This document shows positions 48,326-57,761 of a stretch of DNA of 64,000 nucleotides, piece after piece. Origin of the DNA: a virus. The notes under the pieces were generated by a model, which saw only the letters and a program-made list of their open reading frames with translations, did no database searches and was not told the origin of the DNA. The stretch lies in the IMG/VR virus record IMGVR_UViG_3300025645_000042, positions 55,102-119,101 of that record. The stretch is one strand, 5' to 3'. Numbering within the stretch: position 1 is the first letter of the stretch; every line of letters begins with the position of its first letter. The translations under genes were made by a program, and so were the position numbers.

Positions 48326-48652
48326 TTAATCAATTGTTACTTGACCAATATTTCCACTAGTATCAGGATGAGTATAACCATTTTGGTCATCATATTGATT
48401 TGTTGCTAAATTAGCGATTCTACCAGAACCAGCCGCATTAGGAACTCCGTAGATATCGTTGTATCCACCACCATTATAACTGTCAAAGTTTACACCAGTA
48501 CCTTTACCATTAACTGGAGTTATATCGTCACTCTTAGCTCTTGTATGAATTGCTGAGTAATTATTACTTGCATCCGCACCATTGTAAATGTTTCTTGGTA
48601 TTAATGATGCTCTTGCTGCAATTGCAGCTTCTTCTAATTTTGATTGTGCCAT
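48326..48652 (-). CDS. Small hypothetical (possibly structural) protein
   Basis: 108 aa, Gly/Asn-rich. Confidence 0.5.
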   Translation of the reverse strand: MAQSKLEEAAIAARASLIPRNIYNGADASNNYSAIHTRAKSDDITPVNGKGTGVNFDSYNGGGYNDIYGVPNAAGSGRIANLATNQYDDQNGYTHPDTSGNIGQVTID

Positions 48653-48659
48653 AATTTAT

Positions 48660-49202
48660 TTATTTATTTTTATTCATATATTCTATTAAATATTTAATAG
48701 ATTGAATTTCTTTATTATAAGCCTCGTTTTTTCTTTCACTTGACTTATATACTTGCTTACCCGTCATTATATTATCCATAGTACTTCCTTTGGAAAAATC
48801 TACCAAACCACCATTAGGGTCTGTTGGGTCTGCGTTATCATTATCTTTTGTATGTGCTTTAATAAATTGGTTTTGCATTCCACCATCCATCTTAGCTTTC
48901 TTTTGTTTTTTAATACTTTCAGTATCTTGACTTAATGAATCATCAACCCATTTTCTAGTCATTTTACCACCAATCAGTTTAAACTCATTATCGCTACCAT
49001 CACCTTTATAATTATCGAAATAATTTTTAAGTCTATTCATTTGAGAATAAGAAACTTGTCTATCAGCTACAATATCTTTGGCTCTTTGAAACCCTTTAGC
49101 TTGGTCATCAGATACTTTAATTTGTTTTAGCATTTGATTAATCCTATTAAAGACTTTATCTGGTACCGAATAAGTTTTATATTGTAATTGATTATTTGGC
49201 AT
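48660..49202 (-). CDS. Hypothetical phage protein
   Basis: 180 aa. GFQRAK...VS...RLKNYF...LIGG...W resembles a small domain seen in phage head-associated proteins. Confidence 0.45.
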   Translation of the reverse strand: MPNNQLQYKTYSVPDKVFNRINQMLKQIKVSDDQAKGFQRAKDIVADRQVSYSQMNRLKNYFDNYKGDGSDNEFKLIGGKMTRKWVDDSLSQDTESIKKQKKAKMDGGMQNQFIKAHTKDNDNADPTDPNGGLVDFSKGSTMDNIMTGKQVYKSSERKNEAYNKEIQSIKYLIEYMNKNK

Positions 49203-49734
49203 TTAATTTAGTATTTATGTATTTTACTACAATTTGTGTTTTCTCACTATTTAAGTTGTTATTCACTACTGAATCAACTAAATCAGTTAATTTTCTAGCA
49301 ACATTAGATGGTAACTCATTAATATCAACAACATCGTTATTATTAAAATCAGTTATTGTTTTATCTGAACTAAGTTGTGGTCCAGTAACATCTTCTAATA
49401 AATCTAACATTTTCTTTTTAGCAATATCATAACCAGCGGCAATGTTTATAGAGCCATTTGCGGCACCCGCACGCCCAACACCACCGATATTATATAAATA
49501 TCTATTAGGTTGAATAGCGGCAGCGGCATGGTCAGCTGAAGTAGCTTGTGGAGCAGTTTCTATCTCACTATTATTTACATTCTTTTCATCACCTGAAATT
49601 CCAGCACCCATTCCGTTAACGAATTCTTCTAACTCTTCAACTTCTTCTAACTCTTCTATTTCATTATCAATCTCATCATTAACCTTAACCTTTGATTCAT
49701 ATTTTGAAATATCTTTTTTCTTTAATGTTTGCAT
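49192..49734 (-). CDS. Hypothetical acidic protein
   Basis: 180 aa, preceded by ATATTTAT on the minus strand. Confidence 0.5.
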   Translation of the reverse strand: MQTLKKKDISKYESKVKVNDEIDNEIEELEEVEELEEFVNGMGAGISGDEKNVNNSEIETAPQATSADHAAAAIQPNRYLYNIGGVGRAGAANGSINIAAGYDIAKKKMLDLLEDVTGPQLSSDKTITDFNNNDVVDINELPSNVARKLTDLVDSVVNNNLNSEKTQIVVKYINTKLNAK

Positions 49735-49748
49735 AAGTAGCTTTTTAT

Positions 49749-49778
49749 ATAAATATAAGTGAAAACATTAATATTTAT
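49749..49778. promoter_or_regulatory. Back-to-back ATATTTAT motifs (divergent late promoters)
   Basis: Minus copy at 49749-49756 is 14 nt before 49734; plus copy at 49771-49778 is 16 nt before 49795. Confidence 0.6.
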
Positions 49779-49794
49779 ATAAAAACATATATTT

Positions 49795-52700
49795 ATGCCT
49801 TTTGTTACAAAAGTAGATTATTCTGATAATAGACAAATAAAACAATTTCAATTAACCAACACTAACCTTTCTGGTACAACAGTATTTGGAATGGACTATA
49901 GTGGCTTAACTGGTGGGGTTAACGCAAGTAGTGTTGTAGTAACAGGTACATACGCTAATATTATATCAACATTTTCAGGGAATTCAACTACTACCACCTT
50001 CTTTTTTGGACAACCAGAAATGGTTCCAGGTGTTATAACATTAGAACCTATAACTAGTGCTAATAGTGGTGACACCCAAGTTGGTATAGGATATGAAGGT
50101 ATTAACCCTACAATTATTGATGGAAATACTGTTTATGGTGCTTACACTGGCTCCACGTTTGATTTAACAGTTACTTCAATTGAAGAAATTGGTGTTGACG
50201 AATGGACTGGGATAACAAATTCAATAACCGTAACATTATTAAGTGGCTCGTCATCTGATTTTATTGATAGAACAATATGGGTTGATGTAAAAGGTATAAC
50301 TAGAACAAAACGTTTAATATTAACAGATGAATTAGATAATGGTGACGGTAATTCAACTGTTTTAGGTAGAGATTTAGAAGGTAATGTCGTAGGAATACAA
50401 TTAAGTGGATTGACTGGTACAACTGGTGTAAGTAGCGATGATTATACAACTGGTGCTACATTTAATAATACAACAGGAATTATTGGATTTACTAGATTAT
50501 CAGGTGGTACATATAATGTTGATATTGGAATCACTTCAGGAGATACAACCAATTGGAATTCAGCTTACGGTGATACTATAACTGGAATGACTGTCACTGG
50601 GTCAGCAACCAAAACTATTACCCTTTTTCAAACTGATGGTGGTACGATAACTGCAAACTTTACTGATAATATAGGTGGAGTAGGTGGTTCTGGTGATGTG
50701 GTAACTGGTATGACATTTAATACGGGTAATGGTATACTAACTCTCACAACATTATCTGGTGATACAATTACGGAAGATTTGGATGGAAGATATTTAACTG
50801 GTAGTACCGAAGATTCTGGTACAACTATATTATCTTTAGATAATCCAATTGGGACATATTATGATATGGCAAGTGCAAATTCTGCAACTGGTTATACATT
50901 AAGTAATCAAGTATTAGGTGGTTGGGCTAAAGTATTAATCAACGCACCAAGTGAACCATCCGTAACTGGTGCAACACAAGAAGTTGGAAGTACCTTTATT
51001 GATAATACAGATATGTATCTAGTTGCATATCATGATGGGGTTATTGATAAATATTATTTTATTTTAAAGACTGGTGCAACGAGTGGTACAACAGATACAG
51101 ATGATTATGTAACTGGTGGTACATTTAATACATTAACTGGTGATTTAACTTTAACAAGATTATCAGGCGGTACAGTTATAACTAATTTAGATGATAGATA
51201 TTCATTAACTGGTCATACTCACCCTGAATATCTTACTGGATTCACTCAAACTGATGATTATGTAACTGGTGCAACATTTAACACTGGTGATGGTATATTA
51301 GAGTTTACAAGATTATCAGGTGGTACATTCAACGTAGATTTAGATGATAGATATAGCCTTACTGGACATACTCATTCTGAATATCTTACTGGATTCACTC
51401 AAACTGATGATTACCTAACGGGACATACATTTAATACAACAACTGGACTATTCGAATCAACGTTACAATCAGGTTCAACTGTTTCGGTTAATCTTGATGG
51501 TAGATATTCATTAACTGGTCACACTCATTCTGAATATCTTACTGGTTATACTGATACATTTGTTACTGGAAGTACATTTAATACTGGTGATGGTATTCTT
51601 GAGTTCACCAACACATCAGGTGGTACATTCAATGTAGATTTAGATGGTAGGTATCTTACAGGCTTCACCGAAACACCAAATACAGACGATTATCTTACAG
51701 GTCATACATTTAATACAACAACAGGGTTATTTGAGAGTACTCTACAATCAGGTTCAACAGTTTCAGTTAATTTAGATGGTAGGTATTTAGAAATATCGGC
51801 TTATACTGATAATTATGTAACTGGATTTACATATTCTTCAACTGGAAATACATTCACTATTCAGAGAAATAACGCTTTGAATGATTTGGATGTTGAAGTT
51901 AATACCTTTAGTGGTCTTACTATAACTAACGAATTATCTGCTTATAATGTTTCAGCAACAACAATCAATCCAGTTGATTTTATACAATTTAATACTGGTT
52001 ATACTGGAAATACCGTTGTCGAAGGGCGAATGTATTGGAGTGAAGATGACCAAACGATTGTTCTGGGCATGCACACCGCCAATGGAGATGTCTTACAACA
52101 AATAGGTCAAGAATTATATTATCTTATTAAAAATCAAAGTGGTTCTACAATAAATGATGGTAGGGTTGTTAGAGCTGCTGGCACATTGGGTTCTAGTGGT
52201 AGAATTTTAGGTGAGTATATGATTGCTGACGGTAGTATTGAAGAAAAGTATACGTTAGGGGTTGCAACACAAGATATACCAAATGGAGAAGATGGTTATG
52301 TTACTGAATTTGGTGTTGTTAGAGGTATTGATACGACTGGTTCACCTTATGGTGAAACTTGGAATGACGGAGATGTATTATGGGTTTCCGCAACAATTGC
52401 TGGTGGTTTGACTAATGTTGAACCTATAGGACCTAATTTAAAAATAGAAATTGCTATAGTTGTTCATAGTGACGCTAACGGTAGTATTTTTGTTAGACCA
52501 AATAGATACCCACATTTTCACGATTTACAAGAAGCGACTTGGAGTGGTGGTACTGAAAGTAATTTAGATATTATACAATGGAATGATAACCTTTCAGGTT
52601 GGACTATCACAAGTAACCCTACTTTTAATTCTATTTCAGCAACAACAATTAGTGGTGATACAATATATAGCGGTGGTACTAACTTAATAGAAATAATAAA

Positions 52701-55700
52701 TAATTCTAATACAGATGATTTTACAACTGGCGCAACTTGGAGTTCGGGAACTGAAATAATAGAATTTACTAGACTATCAGGTGGAACATATAATGTAGAC
52801 CTTTCAAATACATATTCATTAACTGGTCATACTCACCCTGAATATCTTACTGGATTCACTCAAACTGATGATTATTTAACTGGTCATACATTTAATACAT
52901 CAACTGGATTATTTGAAAGTACATTACAGAGTGGTTCAACAGTTTCAGTTAATTTAGATGGAAGATATTCATTAACTGGTCATACTCACCCTGAATATCT
53001 TACTGGATTCACTCAAACTGATGATTATGTAACTGGAAGTACATTTAATACTGGTAATGGTATATTAGAGTTTACAAGAATAAGTGGTGGTACGTTTAAT
53101 GTTGATTTGGATGGAAGATATTTAACTGGAAGTACCGAAGATTCAGGTACAACTGTCTTATCACTACATAATCCAGTTGGTACATATTATGATATGGTAA
53201 GTGCGAATTCTGCAACTGGATATACAATCAGTAATGAAGTGTTGGGTGGTTGGGCTAAAGTATTAATTAATGCTAGTGCTGAACCTACGGTTTCTGGTGC
53301 TACCAAAGAATCAAGTATTGAATTTGTATCAGGTGATGATATGTATTTAATTGCATATAATAACGGTGTTGGTAATAAATTTTATATTTTACCTACCACT
53401 GGAACCACAAGTGGTGGTACGGGTGGGTCGTTTGATGATGATTATGTTACTGGAAGTACATTTAATACTGGTGATGGTATTCTAGAATTCACAAGAATAT
53501 CAGGTGGTACATTCAATGTTGATTTGGATGGGAGATATTCATTAACTGGCCATACTCACCCACAATATCTTACTGGATTCACTCAAACTGATGATTATGT
53601 AACTGGAAGTACATTTAACACTGGGACAGGTGATTTAACTCTAATAAGATTATCAGGTGGGACAATTGTCACTAATTTAGATGATAGGTATTCATTAACT
53701 GGCCATACTCATGACATATCTGAAATAAGTGGTTATACTGATACATTTGTAACTGGAAGTACATTTAATACAACTAATGGAATTCTTGAGTTCACCAACA
53801 CATCAGGTGGTACATTCAATGTTGATTTAGATAATAGATATAGTCTCACAGGTCATACTCACGATTTAATTAGTAGAACTGTTGTGGTTGATGCCTCTAA
53901 TTTAGGTAATAGTGGGACTACTAAATCAAAAGTAATTAATTATATTAATTCTTTAGGATATAATAAACAAACAGATAATCCAGACTTATGGTTTAAAGTA
54001 AATCCAAATTATCTAATAAATGCTAATTTAACATTTGATGTTTCTGGTGAACCTTTAGGTTTAACTGTTTCTAGTGGTGGTACAATTTTATATATTAGTA
54101 GACATAACTCATCATTGGTTCAATATAATTTAAGTACACCTTGGGATGTGTCAACCGCAGTTCAGAACACTACCAATGCTACTTTAGGTCAAGGTGGTGG
54201 GTTACATATAACTTCAGATGGTATGCATATAGTATTTTCCAATGGTGATATTACCAGTGGTGATACTACAGTATATTTAATGACTTCTCCACATGATTTA
54301 ACTACTTTATCTGCTATAAGTACAACAGCACTTAGTGCATTTACTGGTGGGGCCCTTAAAGAATTATATATCACTGATGATGGTTTAGAATTTTATGCTA
54401 AAGCAAATACAGAGCTTATACATTATACATTATCAACTCCGTGGGATATTACTACCGCAACTGAAACTGATTCATGGACTAAATCTATAAATCATGGATT
54501 TACTTTTAATTCAGATTTAACTAAAGTTTATATAACTCAAAATGGGGATATTTTAGAAGTATATCCATTATCAAGTGCTGGTGATTTATCTACAGTTGGT
54601 TCACTTGAAAAGTCTATTGATTTGACTTCAGTTATCTCTGGCAATTTTAAAAAAATATTTTTATCACCAAATAATAAAAAACTTATTATCACAAGTTATT
54701 TAGAATCTCCAGATGTTATTACCCTTACATTAAATGTTGCAGATGAAATTGGCTCAATTTATGAAACTGATAATCCTGATTTAGTTATTGGTGACTCTTA
54801 TTATAGATTAATTAATTTTAGTGATGGTATAGTTTCTGGAGTAACAAATGATGACCTTGAAGAAATTGTAAATGGATTATCCACAAGTTTCTATGATTTA
54901 GATAATATCCCAGCATTATCCGATAATTATTTAACTGGTCATACATTTAATACAGCCACTGGTTTATTTGAATCAACTTTACAAAGTGGTGGAACTGTTT
55001 CAGTTAATCTTGATGGTAGATATTTACAAATTACTGGTAGTACTGGGGATGATTACCTTACAGGTGGTACATTTAATACATTAACAGGTGATTTAGATTT
55101 AACACTTCAAAGTGGTTCAACTGTTACGATTAATCTAGATGATAGATATTCATTAACTGGTCATACACACCCTGAATATATTACTGGAAGTACCACAGGA
55201 ACTGATGATTACCTAACTGGTCATACATTTAATACATCAACTGGATTATTTGAAAGTACATTACAGAGTGGTTCAACAGTTTCGGTTAATTTAGATGGAA
55301 GATACTTACTTTTATCCGCAACAACTGGTCAAGCTGCCTTAATATTCTCACCAACTGGAAATACAACAGGTATAATAAAAAGTGGAAGGACTGAAGCTAA
55401 TTATGGTGATATTGGGTTAGAGGCTGTAGATTTAAGTAATTCTATAACTCTTTCAGGGGTTTATGGTGCCACTGGGGACTATTCATTGGCAAGTGGGGAC
55501 CGCTCAACAGCTTCTGGGTTTGCTTCAGTTGCTTTAGGAAATGGTCCAACATCTACTGGAACATCAGCAACATCATTTGGGTTTTTAACTAATTCTTGGG
55601 GAAATGCTTCATTTGTAGGTGGATATTATTCATCTGCAAAAGGTGATTATTCAACTGCTTTTGGTTCTTTCAATAATGCGTTAGGGACTAATTCCACAGC

Positions 55701-56880
55701 TTTTGGTAATGCCACAACTGCGAATGGTTTATCTTCAATGGCATGGGGTAGTGCCACTAGTGCAAACGCTAGTTATTCAACTGCTTTTGGTGGTGATTCT
55801 GTTATTGCAAATGGTCAGTATTCAACAGCTAGTGGTAGGCATAATATAGCACCATCATATGGTGAAACAAATATTGGTTTATTTTCAACAACTGGAAATA
55901 CGATTGGAAATCCTAGTTCATGGGTTGGTGCAGATAGAATATTTAATGTGGGTAATGGCATAAATACTGGGTTACGTAGTGATGCTCTAACTATATTAAA
56001 ATATGGTGATGTAATTGCTCCTAGTTTAAGTATTGGTATAATAAATTCAGCTGACACAAGGGTATTAATTACAAAGGAATATGCTGATGCAAATTATTCA
56101 GGTGGAACTGGTGGTAGTAGTGACGATGATTATCTAACTGGTGGGACATTTAATGATTTAACTGGTGATTTAACTCTTAGTAGACTTTCAGGTGGAACAG
56201 TTGTCACTAATTTAGATAATAGATATCACCCTATTCATTTACCTATAACCCAAGCATCACATGGATTTAATATTGCAGATGCTGTTAGACTTGATGGTTC
56301 AACTTGGGTTTTGGCTATCGCTGATTCACCAGAAAATTCTGGAACATTAGGGTTAGTATCTGCTAGTGCTGATACCAATAACTTTACAATACAAACAAGT
56401 GGTGTATTTAGTGGTGGAACGTGGACTAGTGGCACTGATTATTTTTTAAGTAATACTGTAAGTGGTTCTGTTGTAACTGAACCAACTTATTTACTTAATG
56501 AAGTTAGACAATATATTGGTACTGCATTAAGTACTACTGAATTATTATTAGAGGTCGATTTAGGTGATGAGATTGTTGAGGATTTAGATAATTATATAGA
56601 AAATTTAAATGTGGTTAGTCCCCATAATATTAATTGGTATTATGAAACACATCGAATATCGTTGAGTGGAAATACTACGTTGACTGATTCTAATTTACCA
56701 ACTTCAGGTGTCTATAGTAAAGCAATTACTCTATACGTTGATGGTGATTTTACTTTAACATTACCAGCGGCTTGGCAAACTTATGTGACTGGAACATATG
56801 ATGGTACAACAATAAATCAAATTGTGGTAGAATATATAAAATCAGGTTTATACTGGGTTGATATTAATAGAGCAGACTAA
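49795..56880 (+). CDS. Giant modular tail/virion fibre protein (2361 aa)
   Basis: Many ~50-aa DDY.TG.TFNT..G...LDGRY(SLTGHTH.EY) repeats, a STPWD-repeat propeller-like insert, and YadA-head-like repeats. Confidence 0.75.
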   Translation: MPFVTKVDYSDNRQIKQFQLTNTNLSGTTVFGMDYSGLTGGVNASSVVVTGTYANIISTFSGNSTTTTFFFGQPEMVPGVITLEPITSANSGDTQVGIGYEGINPTIIDGNTVYGAYTGSTFDLTVTSIEEIGVDEWTGITNSITVTLLSGSSSDFIDRTIWVDVKGITRTKRLILTDELDNGDGNSTVLGRDLEGNVVGIQLSGLTGTTGVSSDDYTTGATFNNTTGIIGFTRLSGGTYNVDIGITSGDTTNWNSAYGDTITGMTVTGSATKTITLFQTDGGTITANFTDNIGGVGGSGDVVTGMTFNTGNGILTLTTLSGDTITEDLDGRYLTGSTEDSGTTILSLDNPIGTYYDMASANSATGYTLSNQVLGGWAKVLINAPSEPSVTGATQEVGSTFIDNTDMYLVAYHDGVIDKYYFILKTGATSGTTDTDDYVTGGTFNTLTGDLTLTRLSGGTVITNLDDRYSLTGHTHPEYLTGFTQTDDYVTGATFNTGDGILEFTRLSGGTFNVDLDDRYSLTGHTHSEYLTGFTQTDDYLTGHTFNTTTGLFESTLQSGSTVSVNLDGRYSLTGHTHSEYLTGYTDTFVTGSTFNTGDGILEFTNTSGGTFNVDLDGRYLTGFTETPNTDDYLTGHTFNTTTGLFESTLQSGSTVSVNLDGRYLEISAYTDNYVTGFTYSSTGNTFTIQRNNALNDLDVEVNTFSGLTITNELSAYNVSATTINPVDFIQFNTGYTGNTVVEGRMYWSEDDQTIVLGMHTANGDVLQQIGQELYYLIKNQSGSTINDGRVVRAAGTLGSSGRILGEYMIADGSIEEKYTLGVATQDIPNGEDGYVTEFGVVRGIDTTGSPYGETWNDGDVLWVSATIAGGLTNVEPIGPNLKIEIAIVVHSDANGSIFVRPNRYPHFHDLQEATWSGGTESNLDIIQWNDNLSGWTITSNPTFNSISATTISGDTIYSGGTNLIEIINNSNTDDFTTGATWSSGTEIIEFTRLSGGTYNVDLSNTYSLTGHTHPEYLTGFTQTDDYLTGHTFNTSTGLFESTLQSGSTVSVNLDGRYSLTGHTHPEYLTGFTQTDDYVTGSTFNTGNGILEFTRISGGTFNVDLDGRYLTGSTEDSGTTVLSLHNPVGTYYDMVSANSATGYTISNEVLGGWAKVLINASAEPTVSGATKESSIEFVSGDDMYLIAYNNGVGNKFYILPTTGTTSGGTGGSFDDDYVTGSTFNTGDGILEFTRISGGTFNVDLDGRYSLTGHTHPQYLTGFTQTDDYVTGSTFNTGTGDLTLIRLSGGTIVTNLDDRYSLTGHTHDISEISGYTDTFVTGSTFNTTNGILEFTNTSGGTFNVDLDNRYSLTGHTHDLISRTVVVDASNLGNSGTTKSKVINYINSLGYNKQTDNPDLWFKVNPNYLINANLTFDVSGEPLGLTVSSGGTILYISRHNSSLVQYNLSTPWDVSTAVQNTTNATLGQGGGLHITSDGMHIVFSNGDITSGDTTVYLMTSPHDLTTLSAISTTALSAFTGGALKELYITDDGLEFYAKANTELIHYTLSTPWDITTATETDSWTKSINHGFTFNSDLTKVYITQNGDILEVYPLSSAGDLSTVGSLEKSIDLTSVISGNFKKIFLSPNNKKLIITSYLESPDVITLTLNVADEIGSIYETDNPDLVIGDSYYRLINFSDGIVSGVTNDDLEEIVNGLSTSFYDLDNIPALSDNYLTGHTFNTATGLFESTLQSGGTVSVNLDGRYLQITGSTGDDYLTGGTFNTLTGDLDLTLQSGSTVTINLDDRYSLTGHTHPEYITGSTTGTDDYLTGHTFNTSTGLFESTLQSGSTVSVNLDGRYLLLSATTGQAALIFSPTGNTTGIIKSGRTEANYGDIGLEAVDLSNSITLSGVYGATGDYSLASGDRSTASGFASVALGNGPTSTGTSATSFGFLTNSWGNASFVGGYYSSAKGDYSTAFGSFNNALGTNSTAFGNATTANGLSSMAWGSATSANASYSTAFGGDSVIANGQYSTASGRHNIAPSYGETNIGLFSTTGNTIGNPSSWVGADRIFNVGNGINTGLRSDALTILKYGDVIAPSLSIGIINSADTRVLITKEYADANYSGGTGGSSDDDYLTGGTFNDLTGDLTLSRLSGGTVVTNLDNRYHPIHLPITQASHGFNIADAVRLDGSTWVLAIADSPENSGTLGLVSASADTNNFTIQTSGVFSGGTWTSGTDYFLSNTVSGSVVTEPTYLLNEVRQYIGTALSTTELLLEVDLGDEIVEDLDNYIENLNVVSPHNINWYYETHRISLSGNTTLTDSNLPTSGVYSKAITLYVDGDFTLTLPAAWQTYVTGTYDGTTINQIVVEYIKSGLYWVDINRAD

Positions 56881-57734
56881 TGAGAAAGAAACCCTTTTTT
56901 AATGGAAATCCACTACCTAATACATTTATTGGGGGTGTTGGTGCGTCATCTGTTACAAGTACAACAGCTTTGGCTAGTAAATTATCAATATTATCACATC
57001 AAATAAAAAATTTTAAAATTGATAATAATAATAATGTTTCTTGCTACATAAACAGAAATTATTCAATCAATAGCACTGCATGGTCAACAGATTCTATCAT
57101 AACATATTATATAGATATAGGTGGGAATTGCACATATTTAAACACATTTGCATTTCAAAATGCTTTTAACCCAGCCACACGTAAAACATTGATATTTCCA
57201 AATGTAACTGGATGTGATGTTAGAATTGTTTCAGGTGGTGGGGCTGGAACAAGAAATAAATTAGGTATTATATGTCTACCACAATTAGAACCAATAGGTG
57301 GTTCTGGGACAACAAATGATAATAATTTTAGTTGGGCAGATTTCTTCTATAACGTATATGTTCATTCGGGAAATACAATAAATAATGCTGGTGGTGTTGA
57401 CGCTGATATTAGTAGTCCAATATCTTCTAATATTGGGACTTATATTAAGTATTCAGATAATCTCGATAAACCAAGTGGTGCAACAGGGCTATATACTGTA
57501 AGCGCAACCACAAGTTCTATAGAATTAGCGTGGAATTCCGTTACACATACTAATATTATTGATTATTATGTGGTATTTGGTGATGGAGTGATAAAAGGGA
57601 CCCCAAATTCATCAACATCACTTAATGTAACTGGATTATCATCAGGTACAACGTATGAGTTTAAAATATTGGTTATAGATGAAATGGGTAATAATAGTAA
57701 TTTTAGTAATGTTTATAGTGGAAGTACGTTATAA
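56880..57734 (+). CDS. Virion protein with a C-terminal fibronectin type III domain
   Basis: TTSSIELAWNS...Y.V...VTGLSSGTTYEFKILVIDE.GN.S. Confidence 0.75.
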   Translation: MRKKPFFNGNPLPNTFIGGVGASSVTSTTALASKLSILSHQIKNFKIDNNNNVSCYINRNYSINSTAWSTDSIITYYIDIGGNCTYLNTFAFQNAFNPATRKTLIFPNVTGCDVRIVSGGGAGTRNKLGIICLPQLEPIGGSGTTNDNNFSWADFFYNVYVHSGNTINNAGGVDADISSPISSNIGTYIKYSDNLDKPSGATGLYTVSATTSSIELAWNSVTHTNIIDYYVVFGDGVIKGTPNSSTSLNVTGLSSGTTYEFKILVIDEMGNNSNFSNVYSGSTL

Positions 57735-57761
57735 TAAAATTTAAAAACATATTTATAGTTA

